Shown here: piece after piece, positions 13,303-22,570 of the stretch
How positions within the stretch are numbered: the first letter of the stretch is position 1
Layout of the letters: every line of letters starts with the position of its first letter
Assembly: GCF_036971445.1 (NCBI RefSeq)
Contig: NC_091480.1
Coordinates: 11,594,001-11,658,000, forward strand
Origin: Narcine bancroftii
Taxonomy: Eukaryota
Direction of reading: 5' to 3'
Length of the DNA: 64,000 nt
Made by a program: the position numbers and the translations under genes
Notes under the pieces: model-generated
Database searches by the model: none
The model's input: the letters and a program-made list of their open reading frames with translations, nothing else
Told to the model about the DNA's origin: nothing

Positions 13303-13404
13303 CTCCTTGTTGGTTTTACATTTAATTTTATGCCAAGCTTCACAGCTTTCTTTGTTCCTATCAGTATTACCTATTGATCACTTAGATACACTTGTTTCAG
13401 CAAA
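13303..13404 (-). pseudogene. REXO5: REXO5 pseudo-exon (SLLKQVYLSDQ*VILIG../..WHKIKCKTNKE vs SVLECLDSVGQKLLFL..IKCLSNKE)
   Basis: ccctctag / gtaaag splice sites; in-frame TAG plus a frameshift. Confidence 0.8.
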
Positions 13405-13423
13405 CTAGAGGGAAAAAATTACA

Positions 13424-13995
13424 GACCTACGGCTCCTAGAACGCTTCCACCAGCGTTGTCTCCGCTCCATCCTCAACGTTCATTGGAGCGCTTACATCCC
13501 TAACGTCGAAGTACTCGAGATGGCAGAGGCCGACAGCATCGAATCCACGCTGTTGAACATCCAGCTGCGCTGGGTGGGTCACGTCTCCAGAATGGAGGAC
13601 CATCGCCTTCCCAAGATCTTGTTATATGGCGAGCTCTCCACTGGCCACCGTGACAGAGGTGGACCAAAGAAGAGGTACAAGGACTGCCTAAAGAAATCTC
13701 TTGGTGCCTGCCACATTGACCACCGCCAGTGGGCTGATATCACCTCAAACCGTGCATCTTCGCACCTCACAGTTCGGCGGGCAGCAACCTCCTTTGAAGA
13801 AGACTGCAGAGCCCACCTCACTGACAAAAGACAAAGGAGGAAAAACCCAACACCCAACCCCAACCCACCAATTTTCCCTTGCAACCGCGTCTGCCTGTCC
13901 CGCATCGGACTTGTCAGCCACAAACAAGCCTGCAGCTGACGTGGACATTCACCCCCTCCATAAATCTTCGTCCGCGAAGCCAAGCCAAAGAAAAA
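13424..13995 (+). mobile_element. RTE-clade LINE, 5'-truncated 3' end
   Basis: LRWVGHVSRMEDHRLPKILLYGEL..KRYKDCLKKSL; shared 3' end with copies at 1832 and 41485. Confidence 0.85.
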
Positions 13996-14001
13996 CATGA
14001 G

Positions 14002-14210
14002 AACACAAGAAATACTGGAGGAACTCAGCAGGTCACACAGCACCCATAGGAGGTAAAGATATATCACCAATGTTTTGGGCCTATTGGTACCTTGAAGAAG
14101 GGCTGGGGCCTGAAACATTGTAAATAAATCTTTACCTCCTATGGGCGCTGTGTGACCTGCTGAGTTCCTCCAGCATTTCTGTGTCTTTACTGCAATCACT
14201 GCAGACTTTT
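14002..14210. repeat. Palindromic Penelope-derived terminal repeat pair (fold-back)
   Basis: ctggaggaactcagcaggtcacacagcacccataggaggtaaagat and its reverse complement about 60 nt later. Confidence 0.75.
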
Positions 14211-15696
14211 ATGTATCATTCCATAAGAAGACAAGTTTTTTTACTGAAGTCAAACATTTGCCTTGAGATATAAGCTTTTGTCTCAACAAAACTGCATCCA
14301 CATTGAATAATATGCCCATTTATCTTCTCAAATTTCATTAATATATTTTTATGTCATTAATAATCAATGCAGGTACATCCATCACAAATATCAACCAAAT
14401 AGAATGAACATATAGCAGCCAAGGTATTTAGATCTTTTTCAAGCCATAGTGTCAATAATGTTGGGTACAATACACTCTTTCCCTCACTGTTCTTACTCAA
14501 ACATTGCTTTCTAGTATTAATGTGGCAGAAATAGCAATAAAATAATTTCTTAAATAATTTAGACATACAGGCCATTTGGGCCCACAAGCCCAAGCTGCCC
14601 AATTACATCCAGTTGGCCTACAACTCCCAGTATGCTTTGAATGGTGGGAGGAAACTGAAGCACCTGGAGGAAATCAACGCAGGAGAACATACAACCTCCT
14701 TACAGGTAGCAGACAGCGCTGGATACGAACCTAAGTCACTGGCGCTGTAACAGTGTTGCGTTAACCTTGCCGCCCCTTATAAAGACTAATAAAATAAAAC
14801 AGATATTTTGTTGAAATATTAAATTATAATTTCTAATTAGAACACAATGTTCCTGTTAGATTTTAAATGTAATTAATTAATACCACCACTGTTTATTATT
14901 AAGCACCAAAGCTAAAAAAACCCAAAATGCAACCTGTCAGCATTTATTAGTTTTTAAGATGCAAAATATCTATTCTACTGGGAGATGATGGGGGACAAAG
15001 TAACAGGATCATGTTTCTGACAATAAATGATTAGAAATCCTATTTGGCAGATTCAGTAATTAGATGCACAATTAAGTAAATTGGCAGAAGTTCAGCTTCG
15101 ACAACTGACCTGGATGGACAAGATTCTGTTTGGGATTTTGTCCATGAAGCCCCCAGAGGACATTGCATCAGTCTTTTATCACTATAATGGTTCTGGTTAG
15201 ATAATTAGCCAAACAAAAACAATGTCATTAGTTCTCTCATGGGTAGCTTTATCTGGTTAAAATCCAATCATAACTCTGTACAATTTCAAGGTATTATTGG
15301 CCCTTGGCAACCAATATCTAAGATCTTTGGACTTTGGAAGAAAGAACATGTTCAGTTTACCCATGGGTTCAAAGTGCACATTCTATCAGCTGAGCCCAAG
15401 ACATGGAATTCTTGGTACTGCTGCTCAGGGAATTACTGAATCTGCCAAACAGGATATAATAAATAATTTTCATATAAGAACTTGTCATATTAAAAACTAA
15501 TATATGCTAAATGAATAATAAATGCTGAGAGGTTGCATTTTGTCGTTTCCACCCCCCCCCCTCCCCGACCAATGTTAGGGCAGGTAGCTATCCAAAAGAA
15601 ATGAGATGGTCTGTTTTTGAGGGCTAACCAGTGAGTAGTCTGCACTGAAGAATTTGCATTTCTTTTCACCTTGTTTAAAAATGATCCAACATTTAC

Positions 15697-15905
15697 AGTA
15701 AACCTCCGTTATCTTGAATTCAAGCAACCAGCAAACAAAAAATCATGGTAAATAAAGAGGCAAAAATGTGGAAGTTTCAAATTGGCACACCCTAGTGGTT
15801 TGTTCACCAATCACACAGCACGCAACCTCAAGCAACCAGAAATTCACTTATCCGGCATCTACCAATCCCCATAAGTGGTGGATATCGGACCGGGGTTTTT
15901 TACTG
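15697..15905. mobile_element. Tc1/mariner (Tigger-like) MITE; related copies 7419-7551 and 38982-39750
   Basis: TA|CAGTAAA..TTTACTG|TA termini; shared internal tcaagcaacc motifs. Confidence 0.65.
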
Positions 15906-16241
15906 TATTTGGAAGTAACAGAAGAGACTTGTGTTGGTGAAAGAATGGGTTTAGCAGAAATGTATTATCCAAAGTTCCTCCTCTCAGAGCTGAGACCAAT
16001 GAATTGAGGACCACGCTTTCCCATTAGGTGGTATATTCATGCAGAGGTAATAGAATTAAACACAGGAAAACAATATGAAATCGTACTAGGCTTTGCAATG
16101 TCATGTGACCTGGAAAGCTGATGAGGTTCTCAGAAGAAAGTAACAAAAGTGTGAATGCTATTAGAATTGATAAATGTCATGAACTAACTTGTCATGGTGC
16201 ATCCATCCATCCTTCTGCAACTTGTGCTCAGCTTGCTTGAC

Positions 16242-16335
16242 CTTTTCCCCTGACTTCTGGTTTCAGGCTGTGGTATGATATCATCTCCCATTGGCTGCCA
16301 AGCTTGGAAATTTTCCAGGCTCTGCTCTCTGCTAT
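16242..16335 (-). pseudogene. REXO5: REXO5 pseudo-exon (IAE/QSLENFQ.. vs human IAELNLEAL)
   Basis: ttgcttacag acceptor; 2-nt AG duplication causes a frameshift; 3' boundary uncertain. Confidence 0.55.
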
Positions 16336-16629
16336 CTGTAAGCAAAGTGTTTGCTGAATTCTTTATTCATAACAGATGAAAACAAACTGTGCTCTGAAAA
16401 TAAAGATATACAAAGAAAAAAAGCCCCGTCTTTTTATCCAGTGGAGTTGTTTTGTGAAAACTGAGCTTATCAAATCGACGACATTCCCTCAAATTTATTT
16501 AACAAAGCTATCAGTCTCCCAGCATCTGCTGCCAAATGCAATGACATAGAGTTCAACAAAAACGTGACAGTTTTAAGCAGCTACACATGAAGGTTCTGGA
16601 AGAGCAGATTTCACTTAGAGACATTTTAT

Positions 16630-17050
16630 GGTATAAGCAGAATCAAAATTTATTGTCATGAACATGTCACAAAATTCATTGCTTTAGGGCAGCATTAGAA
16701 TGCAAACATTTATATAAACCACCTTACAGAATAAGTAAAAATAGTGTAAGAAAAAGAAACAGACGAAGTAATGCAGTGCCTATAGTTCATTGTGCCTTCA
16801 GGAATCTGACGGCAGAGGGGAAGAAGCTGTCCTTGTGCTGCTGAGTGGTCGTTTTCAGGCTCCTGTACTTTTTTCCCGATGGTAGCAGAGTGAAGATGGC
16901 ATGGCCTGGATGGTACAGTTACTTGAGGATACAGGTTGCTTTCTTAAGACACTGCGTCAAGTAGATGTCCTCGAAGGAATGAAGACCAGTGCCTGTGATG
17001 TCACAGGCCAAATGAACAATGCTCTGGAGTTTTTTCTTGTCCTGAGCAAT
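16630..17050 (-). mobile_element. Rex1/Babar-like LINE 3' fragment
   Basis: Reverse-complement similarity to 12220-12640. Confidence 0.65.
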
Positions 17051-17371
17051 ACTTGAAGCACAATGTTAGCAGCAGTTGTGTCTGTGGAACACCTTGACAG
17101 TCGTCGGACCAGAACAGAGAATGCTGGGGTCACCCAAGTTGTTATAAATTGCAATTCGCAGTTGGTTAAAATTATTCTAGCCAATCAATAGCATGACTTC
17201 TTGCAAAGGAGTTCTGATAATGGAGAAAACATAACAAACTCCACATTGCTTGAATGATCTATACACACTTGTGCTCTCTAACCAGCCTCACTTTTGTGCT
17301 GTATAATTCTTTGATCAAGTAAAACAGGACACTTACATTATGGTCTGCATTTTTAAGATTAAGAGAACACG

Positions 17372-17585
17372 TGGCACGGCTAGCACCATGCCATCAAAGC
17401 GCCAATGACTCTGGTTCAAATCAGCGTTGTCTGTAAGGAGTTTGTACGCTCTCCATGTTGTGTGTGGGTTTCCTCCAGGCGTTCTGGGTTCCTTCCACCC
17501 GTCAAAATGCATGGGACTTGTGGGTTAATTGGGTGGCACAGGCTCGTGGGCCGGAAGGGCCTGTTACCGTGCTGTATGTCTGAAT
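17372..17585 (+). mobile_element. V-SINE/HE1-like SINE; other copies ~14560-14775(-), 28240-28460(-), 31725-31930(-), 43710-43940(-)
   Basis: ggagtttgtacg..gtgggtttcctcc core and gaagggcctgttaccgtgctgtat tail. Confidence 0.6.
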
Positions 17586-17919
17586 TTAAATTTATTCATG
17601 TAACGTTGAGAAACACTGAGGATGATGTGGGGTGGAGGGGATTACTGTGGAGATATTAAATATATCTTTACTTCAGTCTTCAGACAAAAACATTACTCCG
17701 TAACACTACACCAACCATTAAAAATCTGTCTGCACTACTGAATTAGCACATTTTTGCACTACTGCAATTGTGAATATATATCTATCTTTATATTGATTAC
17801 CATTTTTTCCCTCATGATGTGTTAATTTAATTTATATGTATTGTTTGTACATTTTACAAACCAGTGTAGCTGTAGCATAAAAGAATTTTGTAGCTTCTGA
17901 AGATTGTATTGATGTCAGA

Positions 17920-18600
17920 ATCAGAATTTATTGTCATGAAATTCTGTGCAAATGTACATGTTATAACCATCTAACAACATTACGATAAGAAAAGTAGTGC
18001 ATGAAACGTAAGTCAGTGTCTTTGCTTCAGGATTCTGATGGCTGAAGCTGTTCTTGAGCCGTTCAGTGCTCGTCTTTAGGCTCCTGTACCTTTTTCCCAA
18101 TGGTAGCAGAGTGAAAAGGGCATGGCCTGGATGGTGGGGTCCTTGTGGAAAGAGGCTGCTTTTTTAAGACACCATGTCCTTGATGGAGTGAACTCTGGTG
18201 CCTGCTATGTCACAGGCCATTAATGACCCTCTGGAGTTTATTCTTGTCCTGAGAGTTGGCACCTCCATACCAGGTAGTGATGCAACCAGCCAGAATGGTC
18301 CACCTGTAGAGGTTTACGAGAGTCTTCGGTGACATACCAAATCTCTGGCGAGCCTTGTTTGTGATTGCATCAACGTGGAGACAACAGGACAGATCCTCAG
18401 AGATGTTAACATCCAGGAATTTGAAGTTCTTAACCCTCTCCATTACTGAGCTCTCAATGAGGACTGGGTTGTTTTCCAAACTTCCTCCTGAAGTCCACAA
18501 TCATCTCGATTTTGCTGGCATCGAGCGCAAGGTGGTTGTTGTTACACCATTTAATAAGCTGATCTCTCTCCCTCTTTAAGTCTCCTCATTCCCAATGGAG
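17920..18600 (-). mobile_element. Rex1/Babar-like LINE 3' fragment
   Basis: Reverse-complement similarity to 11880-12640. Confidence 0.7.
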
Positions 18601-19129
18601 ATTCTGTGGGTGATTTTTAACATCATAAGCTTTAATCAAAACTTTTCTGACAATTTCGCTGAATGTTAAGTTTAATTATCAGAAACTATTTCCCAGTTTT
18701 TATAAAATTACACTATTTTTGGGCAATACTAATATTAAAATTTCTGATACTGATATGCTTTACTGTTACTTGAAATTACTGAAATAACCTGGCATTTTTA
18801 AGTACATTTGTGGTTCTATTACTCTAATACCAATGGCTTTAGAGTCAGTCATATGGCACAGAACAGGCCCTTCAGCCCATCTGATCCATGCTGTTCAACT
18901 TGGCATTCTGGGCTTGTACTTGCTTGCATTTGGTCCACATCCTTCCGATCCTTTCCTAGCGATTTATCTCTCCAAACGTGTTTTTTATCATCACTTTGAC
19001 CCTTTGCCAAAACCTGACCTGAAATGTTAACTCTGTTTCTCTTTTAACAGATGCTGCCTCACCTGCTGAATGTTTTCTGTTTTACTTCAGATTTTCGTCC
19101 TCTGCAGACATTTGAATTTTATTAAAGTA

Positions 19130-19790
19130 AAATACAATGCTGGAGAAACTCAGCAGGTCAAATAGTGTACTTGATTTGACAAAGATAGATACATAACCAT
19201 AGTTCAGGCTTAAGCCCTTCATCGAGGTACGAGCAAAATGTAGCCAAGTGCCTACAGGGGAGGGAGGGGCACATCACCAAACAAGGGGAGGGGGGATGGA
19301 TCTGTGAATGGAGAGGGACGGGGGTGGAGAGGAAGAGGAAATGAGACAGAGGGATAGGGAAGAGAGGAAGAATGGGGAATGATCTGGCAGAACATCCATC
19401 TGGCTGGAGAGTGGTAAGATAGAAAATTAGGTATATGGCCATGGACAGACATGTCAGCACAGGTGTGGGGTGTAGAATTGAAATGGTTGAACACTGGGAG
19501 ATCCCTGTCATTGATGTGGACAAAGGTGCTCAGTGAAGCGATCTCCGAGTCTGTGTCCAGTTTCTCCGACGTAGAGAAGGCCACAGCAGGAGTACCGGAT
19601 GTAATAATGACTCCCGCAGATACGCAAGTGAAATGTTGGGACTGGGAGACCACTTGATTAAGGGCTCAGTCCTGAAATGTTGGTTATGTATCTTTATCTT
19701 TGCTATATAAACGGTTGGATGTGCTGAGTACCTCCAGCATTGTGTTTTTACTTCAATCACAGTGTCTGCAGGCTTTCGTGTTTTACTTCC
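19130..19790 (-). mobile_element. Penelope-like element remnant (GIY-YIG fragment flanked by pLTR-type repeats)
   Basis: HFTCVSAGVI..YVGETG remnant; LPVFNHFNS; terminal repeats with hammerhead-like cores. Confidence 0.65.
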
Positions 19791-20739
19791 ATTTGAATCA
19801 TATTCCCAGCCTGGAAGACTGTGTGCATCCGATCCTCGAATATCAGCAGGAGGAGCGAGGGCCAGAACACCAACATCGGGGAACTGGGGATGAGGGCAAA
19901 GACATGAGGCTTCAGATGTTGAAATTTGGAGCAAAAAAAAATCCAAACTGCTGGAGGAACTCAGGGGGTCAATCAGCATCCAATCAACCAAGATGAGAAA
20001 CCCAACAATTGCTGACCTGCCAGGTAGATTGTAAGACGGTTATCTGGTTTCCCCATTCAGGAAGAGGGAAAAGTTAAAGAAAATCTGGAAATCTAAAATA
20101 AAAACAGAATAAGCTGCAAATCAGACACCAGGTTCTTCAGATGCTGAAATCTCAGCAGGTCCTACAAGTCCACAGTAATGGAGAAAATTGATTCCCACAC
20201 ACCCCGAGCCAGTGATAGGAGAAAGATTTGGCCACTCAGCCCTTCAATATGATCATGTCTGATTGGTCTTAGCCTCATTTCCAGTTTTGTGACTCTTCTT
20301 TCAAGTCACGAGGTTTTAAAAATGGATTTTGCTCCTTTTAATTACCGGCAAGATAGAGAGATGTAATTTTCAGGTCAATGGCTTCCAATGGTTTGAACAC
20401 GAGTCTGTGTGACTGCAGAGGCTCCAGGAGTGCTGGAGGTGAACCTACGGACAGTTGTTGACTCTGAAGGGATTCTCTTCATCATTAGGGGTGCCGGGCA
20501 ATGCTCATTGTGACTTTTTATTTGCCCGACAGCAGACCAAAGTTGAAATACATTCTTACGTTTGTATTACATGACAATAACAGGAACCTTAAACACTGGT
20601 ACCCATGCAAGAGAGAGTAATGAAGTGGTACAGTCAGCAATGTCTCTTCAAAAAACCAACCTGAATACTCCCCTCTCGGATTAAACCCCTCACTCCTCCT
20701 CCCTTCACAACTCCCCACCCCCCCCCACTCATACACTCT

Positions 20740-21830
20740 CAAGTCAAGTCACCTTTATTTGTCATTCATACCACGCTCACACAATAAAGACGTGTTAGCA
20801 TTTCTCCACGATCACGGAGCATATTTACAAAAATATAAGTTAAGATTAAAGTTAAACACATTAAAATATTAAGATGTATATTGTAAGAATCCCAGTACCA
20901 AGGTCCTCTATGCAGAGAATTCAGGAATCTGATGGCCTGGAAAAACTGTTGCCCAATCTAGTTGTATGGGTCCTGGTGCTGCAGTAGTTCGTACTAGATG
21001 GCAGAAGGGTGATCAGTTTACTTGAGGGGGTATGGGGAGTCCTTCACAATGCTTATTGCCTTTTGCCTATATCAAGCATTGTAGATGTCCCTCATGGGAG
21101 GAAGGGAAGCCTTTTCCTCTGACTTCACTATCCTCTGCAGTGTTTTGCTCTCCAAGGTGGCACAACTTCCAAACCAGGAGATGATGCAGTTGCACAGGAT
21201 ACTCTCGATACATCCTCTGTAGAACGTAGTGAGGATGAGAGTGGGAGATGAACTTTCCTCAGCCTTCGCAGGGCTTTCTTGGATATGGAGCTGATGTTAA
21301 GGGACCAGGTAACATTCTCCACCAGGTGCATTAATGCACCCCCAGGAATTTGATCCTCCTGACGACCTCAACTGTGGAGCCATCAATGGTCAGCGGAGTG
21401 GCCTGTTGAGGTTGAAAACCATCTTTTTTTTTTAAACATTCAGATACAGGTTGTTGGCTCTGCACCAGTCCACTACTCACTCCTCATTCTTACTAATCAG
21501 GCCCACATGTTTGTGTTGTCAGCAAACTTGATGATGTGGTTCGAGCTGCGTTTAACTGCACAGTTGTGGGTTAGGAGAGTGAACAACAGTGGACCAAGTA
21601 TTTAGCCCTGGGCCCCCCACTGAGCTCAGCATGACGGTCTTGGAGGTGCAGTTTCCGATCTGGAATGCCTGAAGTCTCCCCGACAGCAAGTCTAGAATCC
21701 AATTGCAGAGGGACGGGTTTAGACCCAGTAGGTTCAACTATTGATGTATGATTGTGTTGAGGGCCGAGCTGAAGTCAATAAACAGTATTTGAACATATGA
21801 GTCTTTGTTTTCCAGCTGGGTGAGGGCTAG
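20740..21830 (-). mobile_element. Rex1/Babar-like LINE fragment
   Basis: [17 protein letters not shown]; [14 protein letters not shown] motifs. Confidence 0.75.
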
Positions 21831-21849
21831 GTGTTGGGCTAGGTGAGGG

Positions 21850-22235
21850 CTAGGTGCACCCCCAGTGCACTCCCCTTCCCTCAGCTTTCCCCTTCTCCCT
21901 GCGCACAACCCCCTCCCTGTGTACCCCCTCCTCCCCATTCACAAACCTCTCCCTGCACACCCCCCCTTCCCTGCACACCCCCCTTCCCTGCACACCCCCC
22001 CTTTCCCTGTATACCCCCCTCTCCCTGCACACCCCCCCTCTCCCTGCACACTCCCCCTCCCTGCACACTCCCCCCCTCCCTGCACCCCCCTTGCACACCT
22101 CCCTCTACTCCCCCCTCCCTGCACCCCCCTTGCACACCTCCCTCTACTCCCCCCTCCCTGCACACACCCCCCTTGCACACCTCCCTCCACCCTCCCTCTC
22201 CCTCCACTCCCTCCCTGCACACACTCCCTCCCCAA
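21850..22235. repeat. C-rich low-complexity minisatellite (ccctgcacaccccc variants)
   Basis: Direct reading. Confidence 0.9.
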
Positions 22236-22570
22236 CGAAGCCGCGCGCCAAGCCACCCAGCCCCTCACACTCACCCTGGCTCCCCGGTTACGTCACCGCC
22301 TGACGTCCCGCCTCCTGCCTCTCCCAGTCATCAACGAATCACCGCCGAGCGCGGCCACGGTGACGTCACGGCGGGCGGCGGTTTGAAATCCCAGCGTCGC
22401 CCTCACCCAGAGTGAAGGGAGGGGGTCGGTTCCCAGCGTTTCCGCCCTGCGGCTGAAGTGCATGATGAACACGAAGCAACTGGCCGAGTACGTGCGGCGT
22501 CCAGCGCGCCGGGGCCGCGTGGTCAAGCCCGGCAATGCGCTGCTGGGCCTCAACTCCCGGACGAAGGGCC
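22230..22570. promoter_or_regulatory. CpG-island bidirectional promoter ERI2/REXO5 with CRE/ATF sites and a CHR element
   Basis: CpG-dense; TTACGTCA 22288-22295, TGACGT 22301, TGACGTCA 22361-22368; GGCGG next to TTTGAA (22382-22387); minus-strand donor AGG|GTGAGT at 22275. Confidence 0.75.
22462..22487 (+). CDS. ERI2: ERI2 coding exon 1 (MMNTKQLAE)
   Basis: ATG in CpG island; donor GA|gtacgt; resembles human MATKRLAR. Confidence 0.85.

Larger units (their letters stand above)
1..22300 (-). pseudogene. REXO5: REXO5 (RNA exonuclease 5) unprocessed pseudogene; continues beyond the left edge
   Basis: Colinear exon remnants match the central and RRM region of REXO5, all disabled; head-to-head with ERI2 as in human. 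Confidence 0.85.

Noticed and set aside
14430-14475. Minus-strand PNIIDT resembling REXO5 HPYVIDT
   Set aside because: Short, out of colinear order, no splice context
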